DNA from: Hormiphora californensis
Lineage: Eukaryota; Animalia; Ctenophora
Direction of reading: 5' to 3'
DNA length: 64,000 nt
Assembly: GCA_020137815.1 (NCBI GenBank)
Contig: CM035353.1
Location: 2,852,001 to 2,916,000, forward strand
The notes under the pieces are model-generated. The model was not told the DNA's origin and did no database searches. It saw only the letters and a list, made by a program, of their open reading frames with translations. A program made the position numbers and the translations under genes. Below are positions 1-31,557 of this stretch, piece by piece. Each line of letters opens with the position of its first letter. Within the stretch, counting starts at the first letter, position 1.

Positions 1-440
1 CTCAAAAACGGCTGATCGTAGAGACCTGAGACTATGCTTAAACGATTCAGAAGGTCCGATTTTGGGGGGGTCTTCTGAGAGACATTTTGCTCCTACTTCA
101 ACCGTTTTTGCTGTAATTGCGAAAAACAAATTCTATGGAAAGGGCAAAAGCTAAACTCCAATATCCTGTAATTAGGGAATTTTGGCTAAGAAAGGACCGA
201 AACTATGGAAAAATGTGTAACAAGCTAATTCCTTCACTATTTGGTCCATATGGGTCCCTATAATCACCAAAAACAAAATCACAAAAAATCCACGATGGCG
301 AAGATGGGTTTTTGTTTTTCGCAATTACAGCAAAAACGGTTGAAGTAGGAGCAAAATGTCTCTCAGAAGACCCCCCCAAAATCGGACCTTCTGAATCGTT
401 TAAGCATAGTCTCAGGTCTCTACGATCAGCCGTTTTTGAG
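1..440. repeat. 130-bp inverted repeat (1-130 / 311-440), probably inside a DNA-transposon remnant that extends beyond the window start
   Basis: The arms are exact reverse complements. Confidence 0.85.
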
Positions 441-1001
441 ATACAGGGAATTTATTTATTTCTGAAATGACGGCTTTCACAAAAAAAACTCTGTACATCT
501 TATTTCAAATAAGGACACGCCCAAAATTTATGGCCACTTAGATAATCGTTAGACGCAACTTTTCACCAATTTACAGCTTTCACATGTTTTCGGAACTTTG
601 CCAAATAGGGCGTTAAAGTGGAAAAAAAGAAATCCATCTCAGGACCGGAAATCAGCTCGGATTGCAAAATTTTTTTTTTGTGGTTATTCACCTTCATGTC
701 TTCTTCAAATCCCCAAATTTTCATGCTCCTATCTTTTAAAAAAAATTTTTGAGATGCCAAACGTATTTACAGGACATTTTTTAAATAGCTGTAGCAAAAA
801 TATGAATTCGACTTAAGAGCTAAAATTGCATATTTGAGGTCTCCTTGGTATGGCCTACAACCCTACGGTGAGAGATTTCCCTGCACTCGAAAAAAAATTT
901 TGGTTAGCGTACCCTTAATTTTCCCAAAGCTACGACAAAAATCAGACAGAGATAGACTACTAATAGATTGTTGAGTAACTGAACTATACCGTGTCTAGGT
1001 A

Positions 1002-1158
1002 CAGTCGGACCCCTATTTACCGGAACCCCGATTTACCGGGAGGATAAAGTTCCCCCGTTATAAGAAATTAACAGTATTTCACCCCAATATACCGGGCACC
1101 CCGATTTACCGGGCAAAACCCTTTCCCCCGAGCATCCCGGTAAATCGGAGTCCGACTG
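1002..1158. mobile_element. Tc1/mariner(pogo)-type MITE, family A
   Basis: TIR CAGTCGGAC..GTCCGACTG, TA on both sides, internal GATTTACCGG repeats. Confidence 0.88.
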
Positions 1159-1352
1159 TACCACCCATGGTCCACAGAAACCATCATGTTCTCATAGTGA
1201 CACAGCTGACAGATTAACAGACATGGCTATAACATTTTTCGACAATGAAAAAAAAAACATACGGCACTTTAAAAAAACAAAACAATAATAACACTGTCTC
1301 TTAGTAGCGGATCATGAGACCAGGTATGGTTTATCTCTCCAGATCTGTCTGA

Positions 1353-20511
<19,159 letters not shown>

Positions 20512-20716
20512 ATCATATAAAGCTGGCCCTACATGAAGGATTGGGATTATTAGTAGAGGGGGGCTGGGGTTGGAGCTGGGGAGGGGGGTTGGAACTGGCC
20601 ATGGCCCTACATGAAGGATTGGGATTATTAGTAGAGGGGGCGGGGTTGGAGCTGGGTAGGGGAGGCGGGGGGGTCTGGAGCTGGGGGGGGGGGGGGGGGT
20701 GCTGGAGCTGGCCAGT

Positions 20717-21533
20717 GGTGTGCTATTTTTCTCAACTCAAAAATCAAATCCAATTTTCACAAAGTTTACCCCTAGAATGAGTTCCTACGATCATTCTAAA
20801 ACATTTGGTAAAAAAATTTTAGTCCTACCCTGGCCCAATTACGTGGGCCGATGTATGTCCATATATGGGCATATTCATATCAAAAAATGTTTTTTGGGGC
20901 GTTATTTCGAAAAAACCACACATATGAATCGCCTCATGAGAACCAGTACAACCATTATTTCCAGTCTGCACCTTCAGAACTCCATTTTATAATGAAAATT
21001 TTATTTTTTTTTCATCTTTTTTTCTTGCACATTTTCCTACTTTGCAGTATTAGTTGAGACGAATTTTAACTTTTTGAGATTTTATTTGTCGGAAACCAAA
21101 TTCCGGTTGTAACCGACTACTTTTGACCTGCTGAACACGATCCCATTCATGAAAAAGCTCTCAAAATTGAAGAAAATGGCCAAAATGAACATTTTTAGTT
21201 AAAAATGAACATTTTTGGTCCAAAATGAACATTTTCAGGTCAAAAATGAACTTTGGCTAACTTTCATGATACACATCCATTCTGATCGGTATCAAACCGC
21301 TGAACACGACCCTGTCTATAAAAAGTTGATATAAAGAACATGCCAAACACTGGTGAAAAACACACATATTTTCCTTTTTTCGGTAAAAAAGTAAACTTTT
21401 TTAATCGCCTGGCCCACGTAATTGACATACACTACCCCAATTCCGTTTTCAGGATTTAGTAGACAATTGTCCATAGTTTCATATCTACCCTTAACCTATT
21501 GGCCAAGTCGACAAAATTTTCACTTAGCACACC
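20717..21533. mobile_element. Non-autonomous TIR element
   Basis: GGTGTGCTA / TAGCACACC termini; AT-rich interior with AAAATGAACATTTT repeats. Confidence 0.55.
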
Positions 21534-21813
21534 CTAGACTGGCCCTACATGAAGGATGATACATAATGGGGATATATATACTATGGTATTATGGGGATCG
21601 GGGGGTGGGTTAAAACAATACTATTGTGCAAAAAAGCCATCCATTCTCATATAAAATAGATATATGTACAGACAACACACACCCACTCAGTGAAAAAGTG
21701 ACGGTGGGCAAAAGGGTGTAGACAAATACAGGGAGAACACACACACAGAGAAAAGATTGACCGAGAGAGAGAGAGAGCTCCAGAGCTCGATAATCATCAC
21801 ATCAACTCAGTGA

Positions 21814-22356
21814 TTATTTCTTCTCGGCAGCGGCCTTCCTTCGCTTGAAGTCCCAGTTGTAGACCCTCGCCATGTTAACCTCCATCGTGGTAATCTGGTT
21901 GGAAAGGTACTCCAGATCTTCATCTAGCTGCCCGGCGTTCACAACAGCAGTATTGAGGTTCTTTGTCAGCAGGGTTACAGCTTCATCAATGGAGTACTCA
22001 AGCATGGTGTTGGCCCCCAGCCAAAGGAAGACCTTCTCGGTTGGCGGCACCTTAGCCACAGCGTGGACCTGGTCGGAGAGCAGGAAATGGGTGTTGAACT
22101 CTTCCTTTTTCTGTAACATGTGCTCCACGATTTCAAGTGTTTTCTCAATGTCAGGAATCTGGGCCCTCAGCCTCTTCTTCCGCTGGATCAGATTGAGCTC
22201 CATGTATTTGTACTTTTGGAGCTGCTCATCAAAACTTTGAAGGACGTTAGTTGCATTCTTCTCCTCCTTGGCATCCTCATTCATATATCCGTCCACGTCC
22301 TCCAGGAAGATTGCCTTAGGAATTCCCCGGTGCTCTTTGGTGGTGACTGCAGTCAT
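21814..22356 (-). CDS. VBP1: Prefoldin subunit 3 (VHL-binding protein 1), single coding exon, 180 aa
   Basis: Characteristic motifs GIPKAIFLEDVD, QKYKYME, KVFLWLGANTMLEY and QITTMEVNMARVYNWD. Confidence 0.97.
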   Translation of the reverse strand: MTAVTTKEHRGIPKAIFLEDVDGYMNEDAKEEKNATNVLQSFDEQLQKYKYMELNLIQRKKRLRAQIPDIEKTLEIVEHMLQKKEEFNTHFLLSDQVHAVAKVPPTEKVFLWLGANTMLEYSIDEAVTLLTKNLNTAVVNAGQLDEDLEYLSNQITTMEVNMARVYNWDFKRRKAAAEKK

Positions 22357-22480
22357 GGTGGTGGAAACCTAGAAACATTGAGGTGTGTGTGTTAACATTA
22401 TTATTATTATTAAATCTGTTTACAATAATTTGACACTGTCAATATTGCCCTCGGTGTGTTAACAACAGTATACAGAAATA

Positions 22481-22740
22481 TCAAACACGAGTGTTTGAAT
22501 GGAAAACAATGAGGCCCCTCGGAAATGTTCAAGTCATGCACAATCAAGTCACGCCCACCAATCACAGCTCAGAACGCGCGGAGTGCTTCGCGCGTTCTGC
22601 GCTGTGATTGGTGGGCGTGACTTGATTGTGCATGACTTGAACATTTCCGAGGGGCCTCATTGTTTCACTACCAGCGGTAGAACCGATGATCTACCGCTGG
22701 TATTGGAACAATTATTTTATATTAAAACACTCGTGTTTGA
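22481..22740. mobile_element. Palindromic MITE-like element
   Basis: Inner ~80-bp arm hairpin at 22502-22667 plus an outer TCAAACACGAGTGTTT inverted repeat. Confidence 0.75.
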
Positions 22741-22749
22741 ATTTGTACA

Positions 22750-24150
22750 GTATTCCCCTGTCGAGTTCTCCCTGAGGACCCACAAACCACAAACCACAGA
22801 GAGTATACAGGAATATAATAGTCAGAACCCGATATATATCTTGAAACTGTCTGCCGGCTCCACGCCCCCTGGGTTTCGCAAAAATTATAGCTCAGATATC
22901 TCCAGTTTCTGATAAGATAGAAAATTCTTATTTGGGGGTTGAAAAGAACTTGACAAGATCTTTATAACCTCCAAATGTGAACCATGTATCTCATCAAGGG
23001 ATGGAGTTATGGTCTTGAACGTATAAAAAGAAACGTCCCGTAAAGTCGGATTTTTTGAAACTGTCACCCCCCTGAAATAACAAAATTTCCCATATCTCCG
23101 GTTCCTGATAAGATAGAGACTTGAAATTTGGAGGTTCGGAAGAACTTAGCAAGATCTTCGTAACCTCCAAATTTCAAGTCTCTATCTCGTCAGGAACCGG
23201 ATTTATGGTCATTTGCGAAATTTGAAAATACCCAGGGGGGTGACAGTTTCAAAAAATCCGATATTACAACTTAAAATTTTTGGCATACGTTGCAGGCCCC
23301 TTATAATATAATATAAGGGGCCTGGAGGGAATACCGCGCTAGGGGGGAATACACAATCAACCATATCTCCGGTTCCAGATAAGGTACAGAAATCGTTTTG
23401 GTAGCGTTGGAAAGAGGAAGATAACAGCTTTCAAATGCAACCGGTTTCAGGTCTCTATCTTATCAGGAACAGGAGATATGAACCAAACTCCGCAAAATCG
23501 AGTGCGGTAAAATAAAAAATTTCGAGATTTTAATTCAAATTTGAAACAAAGTGTCCCTGCAGGGACCTGTGACGTCACTTTTTGAAAACAACCAATCTTT
23601 GAACGGCTATTGCTCAGCCTCCTCAAATCCAATTAACTTCTCTCAAAAACAGCAAGGTAGATAATTGTCAGATCTAACAGCTAGTGAAAGAATCAAGCAA
23701 AACGGACTTCAGGGGCCAAAGTTATAAGCACCGCCGTTTTTTCGCTCGCAAAGTTATTTTCGACCCAGCCGGGCTCAGGCCAAACGCGCGCGCGGCATTC
23801 CCTCCAGTCCCCTCGTTGCGGGGGTGCGCGCATGAGGGGGCTGCAGCGCATTCCAATTAAAATTTATAAAATTTGAGTGTACTTTAAAAAAAGTGAGAAT
23901 TTGGAAGATCTTGCATTTTTCTGGCCGAGCGCGCGCAATCGTCAAGTTGTGTAGCGCGGCCATTGAAATTGCGCGTGCCAGCCGGAAGGCTCCGCGCTTT
24001 GCTTCCACACGACTTGTGTCTTCGCGCGTGACGTTAACGAAACGGAGCAGCATCCAAGGAAGTCACAAAACCACTTTCGTTCCTTGAACTCTCGATTCTT
24101 CATGAACTGAAGTCTGATTTCTTCCGATATTTTCAAATCATTGATTCGTC
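22750..24150. mobile_element. Cluster of non-autonomous DNA-transposon remnants
   Basis: GTATTCCCC/GGGGAATAC termini (22750-23352); repeated inverted ATATCTCCGGTTCCTGATAAGATAGA motifs. Confidence 0.55.
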
Positions 24151-24322
24151 AAAGGAAAACTGTCTCATAGCAAGGATATAAACAGATCAAGAAACAGATC
24201 AATAAAGAAAATACTGAACAACACATTCTCAAAACACTCTCTCTACTAGCTTCAATCCTCTGACATAAAAAAGGGGCCAAGTTAAAAGAGAGAAAGAGAG
24301 TCCCAAGATCCACACCAAATTG

Positions 24323-27300
24323 TTAGAAGACAAGACACGATTTCTCGGGGTATCCGAGTTTCTCCAAGTTGGGCATACAAGCAAACTTTATCATGCCCGG
24401 TGGACCACACATGAGGACTGCAGTATCCCGGGCGGGTGGGGGAAGGTGGGTGGCAAGCATGTCTGCATTGACAAACCCAGTATCGTACTTCCAATCTGAA
24501 GGGGCAGGAGGGGGTGTTATCAGAAAGAAACAGGTGAGCTGTACTACCGAGAGAGGGAATGGGAGGAGAGAATGGTGTGAGAGAGAGAGGGAAAGGCGGG
24601 ATGTGAGTGAGGGGTCAAGGGGAGTGGGAGTAGGAGGGGTCTGGGGTTGGAAATTATTCTTTTCCTGTCTCGGATGATCAGTGCTTATCTAAATCGTGCT
24701 AATTAGTAGTAAACCAATTAAAACATGTACCTTGCCCCTCTGGGACTCGATCAACAGTATACCAAACATTGAACCTCTCATCCTGATCCATCCTCTCAAT
24801 TATATCCTTACAGAGGATGTCTTGAGGGGTCTGGTTAGCGAACAGTAGAAACACCTCAGTCTGATCGTAAGGGTTCTTCAGGATCTCCTGAGCTATCTGT
24901 AGCATTGGTGTGACACCTGTGCAGGAGGGGTTTGGTTTGGGCTATCTGTAGCATTGGTGTGACACCTGTGCAGGAGGGGTTTGGTTTGGTGTGACACCTG
25001 TGCAGGAGGGGTTTGGTTTGGGCTATCTGTAGCATTGGTGTGACACCTGTGCAGGAGGGGTTTGGTTTGAGCTATCTGTAGCATTGGTGTGACACCTGTG
25101 GGGGTTTGGTTTGGGCTATCTGTAGCATTGGTGTGACACCTGTGCAGGAGGGGTTTGGTTTGGGCTATCTGTAGCATTGGTGTGACACCTGTGCAGGAGG
25201 GGTTTGGTTTGGGCTATCTGTAGCATTGGTGTGACACCTGTGCAGGAGGGGTTTGGTTTGGGCTATCTGTAGCATTGGTGTGACACCTGTGTAGGAGGGG
25301 TTTGGTTTGGGCTATCTGTAGCATTGGTGTGACACCTGTGCAGGAGGGGTTTGGTTTGGGCTATCTGTAGCATTGGTGTGACACCTGTGCAGGAGGAGTT
25401 TGGTTTGGGCTATCTGTAGCATTGGTGTGACACCTGTGCAGGAGGGGTTTGGTTTGGGCTATCTGTAGCATTGGTGTGACACCTGTGCAGGAGGGGTTTG
25501 GTTTGGGCTATCTGTAGCATTGGTGTGACACCTGTGCAGGAGTGGTTTGGTTTGGGCTATCTGTAGCATTGGTGTGACACCTGTGCAGGAGGGGTTTGGT
25601 TTGGGCTATCTGTAGCATTGGTGTGACACCTGTGTAGGAGGGGTTTGGTTTGGGATATCTGTAGCATTGGTGTGACACCTGTGGGGGGGGGGGGGGTTTG
25701 GTTTGGGCTATCTGTAGCATTGGTGTGACACCTGTGTTGGAGGGGTTTGGTTTGGGCTATCTGTAGCATTGGTGTGACACCTGTGCAGGAGGGGTTTGGT
25801 TTGGGCTATCTGTAGCATTGGTGTGACACCTGTGCAGGAGGGGTTTGGTTTGGGCTATCTGTAGCATTGGTGTGACACCTGTGCAGGAGGGGTTTGGTTT
25901 GGGCTATCTGTAGCATTGGTGTGACACCTGCAGGAGGGGTTTGGTTTGGGCTATCTGTAGCATTGGTGTGACACCTGTATTGGAGGGGTTTGGTTTGGGC
26001 TATCTGTAGCATTGGTGTGACACCTGTGCAGGAGGGGTTTGGTTTGGGCTATCTGTAGCATTGGTGTGACACCTGTGCAGGAGGGGTTTGGTTTGGGCTA
26101 TCTGTAGCATTGGTGTGACACCTGTGTTGGAGGGGTTTGGTTTGGGCTATCTGTAGCATTGGTGTGACACCTGTGCAGGAGGGGTTTGGTTTGGGCTATC
26201 TGTAGCATTGGTGTGACACCTGTGTTGGAGGGGTTTGGTTTGGGCTATCTGTAGCATTGGTGTGACACCTGTGTTGGAGGGGTTTGGTTTGGGCTATCTG
26301 TAGCATTGGTGTGACACCTGTGCAGGAGGGGTTTGGTTTGGGCTATCTGTAGCATTGGTGTGACACCTGTGCAGGAGGGGTTTGGTTTGGGCTATCTGTA
26401 GCATTGGTGTGACACCTGTGTTGGAGGGGTTTGGTTTGGGCTATCTGTAGCATTGGTGTGACACCTGTGCAGGAGGGGTTTGGTTTGGGCTATCTGTAGC
26501 ATTGGTGTGACACCTGTGCAGGAGGGGTTTGGTTTGGGCTATCTGTAGCATTGGTGTGACACCTGTGCAGGAGGGGTTTGGTTTGGGCTATCTGTAGCAT
26601 TGGTGTGACACCTGCAGGAGGGGTTTGGTTTGGGCTATCTGTAGCATTGGTGTGACACCTGTGTTGGAGGGGTTTGGTTTGGGCTATCTGTAGCATTGGT
26701 GTGACACCTGGGTTTCGTTTGGGCCGCTCATCTTGGACAACAGTAAACAGTCACACAGACATCATAGTGCCGGATCATCCTTTCGGAATCACCACCAGAT
26801 CAGGAGGGGTGTGTTAGGTCACGTGACTGGTTTCAGCCAATCAGGGCCCAGTATTTCCTGACAGGAAAGTACATACCTGATCCACCAGCGATCATGCCAA
26901 TCTTTCTTCCCAGTACTCGCTCAATTTGACCCTTTTTGGTAACCTCAAACTTTCCCTGTCCGATGTAATGAATCTTGCCCTGTAATCAGAATAGAGGTTG
27001 TAAAAAGTATATCTTGCCCTAAAATTCGATTGAAATTGACGTAAACTTTGAAGATTACAAATTCCAACTACCACAGAGCTGGCAAGCGCTCTGGGGCCAT
27101 CTATCTACTGAAGAATAACTCAGGAATAGATCACGTTCCACTAACAGTGCTCTATCGGGAACCCGAGAGCCGGAAAACAAAGTGAAACAAGGTTACTTCA
27201 GATCTGAAGTAACCTTGTTTCACTTTGTACAGAGAAATAACACTAACCTTGGGACCCCTAACATCAATAGTGTCCCCTATCTGCATATTCTCAAGATACT

Positions 27301-29596
27301 GCGTCATTTTACCACCATCAGGGAACTTGGGGTGAACCCCTCCAAAGTAAACCTGCAGGGGCATTTAATTAACTATTTAATTAACTATTTAATTATTAAT
27401 CGTGTTATATGTAGGACACGAGTGCGGAGAAAAAAGCAATATATGACGTATAATGTTAACTTTTATTTATGTATTCTGTACCACGATGCACTGCTAAGGT
27501 TAACAATGTGTATGTGTGTATTACACATGGGAAACCACATAAAACTAACAAGTGATGACAACTGCTACACCACCGGATATTTCTCAAATAGTGTCTCAAC
27601 AACTACTGCATTATATGATCAGTACAAAATACTGGATGACAATTAACATTAGATAAAACACTAATTGTTATTAACAGGTTCAATACACAACCTTTTTCAC
27701 AACATCTCTCAGTACCCTAACCTAGAACCTACAGCCTATTAAACCCACCAGTCAACTAATTAATAATCTTTTCAATTGATTAATAACATATTCGACTAAT
27801 TAACTAATTACCTTAATTACAAGATCCATATGGCCTCCTTAATTAACTACAATTACCTTAATTACAAGATCCATATGGCCGACATCGTCATCTGAACTGG
27901 TGGGGGTGTAAGATCGTACAACCAGTTCATTGTTTACCGTGGCAACGAGACTCAGGTGGTTTCCTGCAGGACATGTGATTTAGTTACCGTGGCAACCAGA
28001 CTCAGGTGGTTTCCTGCAGGACATGTGATTTAGTTACCGTGGCAACCAGACTCAGGTGGTTTCCTGCAGGACATGTGATTTAGTTACCGTGACAACCAGA
28101 CTCAGGTGGTTTCCTGCAGGACATGTGATTTAGTTACCGTGGCAACCAGACTCAGGTGGTTTCCTGCAGGACATGTGATTTAGTTACCGTGGCAACCAGA
28201 CTCAGGTGGTTTCCTGCAGGACATGTGATTTAGTTACCGTGGCAACCAGACTCAGGTGGTTTCCTGCAGGACATGTGATTTAGTTACCGTGGCAACCCGA
28301 CTCAGGTGGTTTCCTGCAGGACATGTGATTTAGTTACCGTGGCAACCAGACTCAGGTGGTTTCCTGCAGGACATGTGATTTAGTTACCGTGACAACCAGA
28401 CTCAGGTGGTTTCCTGCAGGACATGTGATTTAGTTACCGTGGCAACCAGACTCAGGTGGTTTCCTGCAGGACATGTGATTTAGTTACCGTGGGAACCAGA
28501 CTCAGGTGGTTTCCTGCAGGACATGTGATTTAGTTACCGTGGCAACCAGACTCAGGTGGTTTCCTGCAGGACATGTGATTGGCTCATTTCTTACCGATGG
28601 GAGGGGAGGGGAAAGTGGCTCATTTCTTACCGATGGGGGGGGGGGTGAAGTGGCTCATTTCTTACCGATGGGGGGGGGGGGGGGAAGTGGCTCGTTTCTT
28701 ACCGATGGGAGGGGGAGGGGAAAGTGGCTCATTTCTTACCGATCGGTAGACCAAGGATGTGTTCATCTGATGGGAGGGCAAATCGAAACAATCTCGTATC
28801 ATGTGTTATCACCTATTAGGGAGCAGCAGGTCTAGTCATAAAGGTTCGAATACTGACCAATACCTGAGATTGGTAAATCTTTTGAAATATAATAAAAATA
28901 TAATAATTATAACTCAAATAACTGTAATCGTGATTGGTAAATCTTCTAAAACGGCCTATTTCCCAACTTACATCCTTCTTGATAAGCTTTAGTGGGACTT
29001 TGATGTCCGGATTCAGTGTAACAGGGGGGCCTTTCCTTTTCTTTCCCAGTAGTAGATAGAGGGTGACAAGGGAAATAGAGACTAGCGTCGTAATACCTGC
29101 TACCAACTGAAACACACGCTTGGTATTACTAATATGTTCTCTAACCCTGCAGAAAAAGGGTCGAGCAATATATTGGATGACCTGATACCGTGGGTCATTT
29201 CAATATATTGCTGGACCCTTTTTCTGCAGGGTTAGAGCCCAAGTCAATATTGAATGATCAAGTCTATTACTTCTGATGTTGCTGGAATGATATCCAGTAT
29301 TGGTTGCACCCTGCAGTACTCAGTATCTCTCTATCTCTCACCCACACACTAGTGAGGTACTTGATCTTACAGCGCACCGCCTTACTACACGCATAAATGT
29401 GCAAGTAGAAACACACAAAAATTGTCTCAATATTCTGTGAAATAACTGGAAAACTGGGATAACAGGAACCGACCGAATCAGGAAATACTGGTCCTTGATT
29501 GGCTGATAACCAGTCACGTGGCCTAAATAACGAGTTATAATTGGTTGTTTACTTGTTTCGGTCGGTTCCTGTGGGATAAAATACCTTAACGTCCAT
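24323..29596 (-). CDS. CYB5R: NADH-cytochrome b5 reductase, 8 coding exons, 297 aa
   Basis: Exons 29596-29585, 29106-28972, 28812-28740, 27963-27857, 27352-27248, 26979-26877, 24916-24731 and 24495-24323 total 894 nt and are phase-consistent. N-terminal membrane anchor; [17 protein letters not shown]; RSYTPTSS (FAD); [14 protein letters not shown]; MIAGGSGVTPMLQ (NADH); LLFANQT; MCGPPGM. Confidence 0.96.
24892..26710 (-). repeat. 49-bp tandem array (~37 copies) of CYB5R splice acceptor plus exon start
   Basis: Minus-strand unit ccaaaccaaacccctcctgcacag|GTGTCACACCAATGCTACAGATAGC. Confidence 0.95.
26711..26800 (-). mobile_element. Second copy of the (CCAAA)n-tailed retroposon
   Basis: Shares GTAAACAGTCACACAG and CATAGTGCCGGATCATCCTTTCGGAATCACCACCAGATC with the 59.5-kb copy. 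The flank CAGGAGGGGT (26801-26810) recurs in the adjacent array as the other TSD. Confidence 0.8.
27931..28580 (-). repeat. 50-bp tandem array (13 copies) of CYB5R splice acceptor plus exon start
   Basis: Minus-strand unit ctaaatcacatgtcctgcag|GAAACCACCTGAGTCTGGTTGCCACGGTAA. Confidence 0.95.
28581..28743 (-). repeat. Five tandem copies of the CYB5R exon-3 splice donor
   Basis: Minus-strand unit ATCG|gtaagaaatgagccac followed by a C-run. Confidence 0.9.
29140..29238. mobile_element. ~100-bp hairpin MITE in CYB5R intron 1
   Basis: CTCTAACCCTGCAGAAAAAGGGTC..GACCCTTTTTCTGCAGGGTTAGAG inverted arms. Confidence 0.75.
29463..29571. mobile_element. MITE family B
   Basis: TIR CAGGAACCGACCGA; 8-bp TSD TGGGATAA. 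Confidence 0.92.
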
Positions 29597-29932
29597 GGTT
29601 CTTGGTCACCAGGTATTAACCCCTGAAACAACCTATAACACAGGGTGGATATTTAGTTGGGTGTCGTGATGAAATTCAACAACTCTACACGTTATTTATC
29701 ATAGGAATTAGGAAAATTTAGAGGTTATAAAATGTTATAAAAATGTTATAAAAATGTTAAAATATGACTAACACCAGCTGGGGCAAGTCCTGCTCAAGAA
29801 CAATTGATAGATGGTCATTTAGCATGCTTATTATTTAACAGTGACTGACACTTCCACACCTTCTAGTAGGTAGGTTTTGTTCTTCAAGATATAATGGTAT
29901 ATAACATAGTGGTCCACCGGCCACACATTATA

Positions 29933-31557
29933 CTATTGGGCCCAGATGCTAAACCTCATGCAATTCTCCCTTCTACACCACTTGTAGAATTCTTCAAGTG
30001 CGCTGGTTGGAGTACTTAGATCGGCACAGACTACCAAAGGTATCCTTTTCATTCCGGAACTAGTATTTCTAGTAAGATCGTAATGGTAATTATATTGAAA
30101 AATGATGTTCTGTAGCAGTTCAGGGTCTTGGTGAAAGTGAGTATCTGTAACAATCTCTAAAACTTCAGGATGCAGTGCAGGGTCATCCACCAACTGGATA
30201 CTAATAACTGGCCATGATTTATCGTCTTCTATAGTCATCGAAACCTCCACAGCTATTTTACATATTTTGTTCGAAGTTCGTGTCTCAATGACCAAGATTT
30301 CAGAGTACTGTGTCTCGAATGGTGATGTCCAACAGTCATCAAACAGCCAATGAAAACCATTTTGACATGCACTGTCCTCCTTCCCTTTCAAATATTCCTT
30401 AAAAACAGCTTTTTTATTCACGCAATTTATAAGATAGCTATCCGGTAAAGTAGTTGTATCTGTAACGTCAAACAGCCCGTGCGTTCGGTCACTATGCCTT
30501 TTGTCCAAAGCTGCTGTTATTCGCATCAACAATTTCCGGTGATGATGTGTCACCAAATACAGTCACAGCAGTAATACAAGGAATAAACAAACTGGATACA
30601 TGAACTGATTCTCGGTTCCCCATCAAGCACTTTAACGGCATCCAGAAATGTTTTACAATCTGCAAGAGCTGGTATTTCAATCGGGTAGACGATCCTATCA
30701 GACGGATTGAGGGAATTACTAGAGCTGCTTAGAAGACTTGTAGTAGATAGAGAAAAGGGGACACTGGCAAAACTCTCAAAACGAGACACTAGATCTTCTT
30801 TGGTTATAGATCGCTGGACAGTTGTCAGAAGCTTCTGGTACAAGCTTCGATCCTGTTTGGAAACAGAGTGCAAGGGAAGGAGAAGTTAGAAATCTCTTTT
30901 CAATATCAGTCAATTTCACAGGATGGGGTTTACCTTCAAAATTCAAAATTAGCCAATCGTAGAGAACTGTAACTTCGTTACCTACTTGCCAGAGATAAAC
31001 ACAGGTCTGTGTTTACGTACTCCTGTTGATTAGGATCACGGGAGATGAATTCCTTGACAAGTGCTAATCGGAGAGTGGATAATCTTTCCAGCCCGATCTT
31101 TAGGGCTATCTTGGAGACTTCTGCTTGTTCCTCTCTTGAGAATATAAGCAGCCTCTTCCAATAGGAACATGCCCAGCTCCACTGATCCAGTTTTCAACCC
31201 AGAACAGAGATCAGGTGTAATACTTGAGACACTCATCAACCATCCATTCGACTTGAAAGACTGCACTCAGTTTGTTAATTTCCCTAAAATTGTCCCTATT
31301 TACCAAAATACCCCCGGTATAGCATGACTCGACGAAGCATTGAACTGAGGATTGAGAAAATTCCTCGACATCTAGCTCTTTCATTTGTTGCTTTCCCTAC
31401 CAGGTCAGGACATGACAAGGCTGTTGAGGGCCAGGGGGAATGAGCTGGTTCGGACAATATCGCCCCCTTTACACATTAGTTGCAGATCGTTTAGTCCCTT
31501 CAAATCCAGAAGGTGTCTTCCAAAGTTCATGGGTACTGTGCAGGTCTGCACTGCCAT
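29933..31557 (-). pseudogene. Intronless BTB/POZ-domain gene with multiple frameshifts (pseudogene or assembly indels)
   Basis: ATG at 31557. Joining frames gives NDLQLMCKGGDIVRTSSFPLALNS..ELDVEEFSQSSVQCFVESCYTG..NRDNFREINKLSAVFQVEWMVDEC, a BTB-like pattern. It continues through ORF pieces 31266-31036, 30873-30550 and 30556-29933. Confidence 0.65.

Noticed and set aside
24893-26696. Repetitive ORFs [15 protein letters not shown]..
   Set aside because: These are translations of the 49-bp array. Only the last copy continues into real CYB5R coding sequence.
24892-28580. Regular repeat arrays resembling CRISPR
   Set aside because: The units are head-to-tail with no unique spacers, there are no cas genes, and the context is eukaryotic introns.
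29338-29631. ORFs containing [11 protein letters not shown].. or [13 protein letters not shown]..
   Set aside because: These are translations of the family-B MITE.
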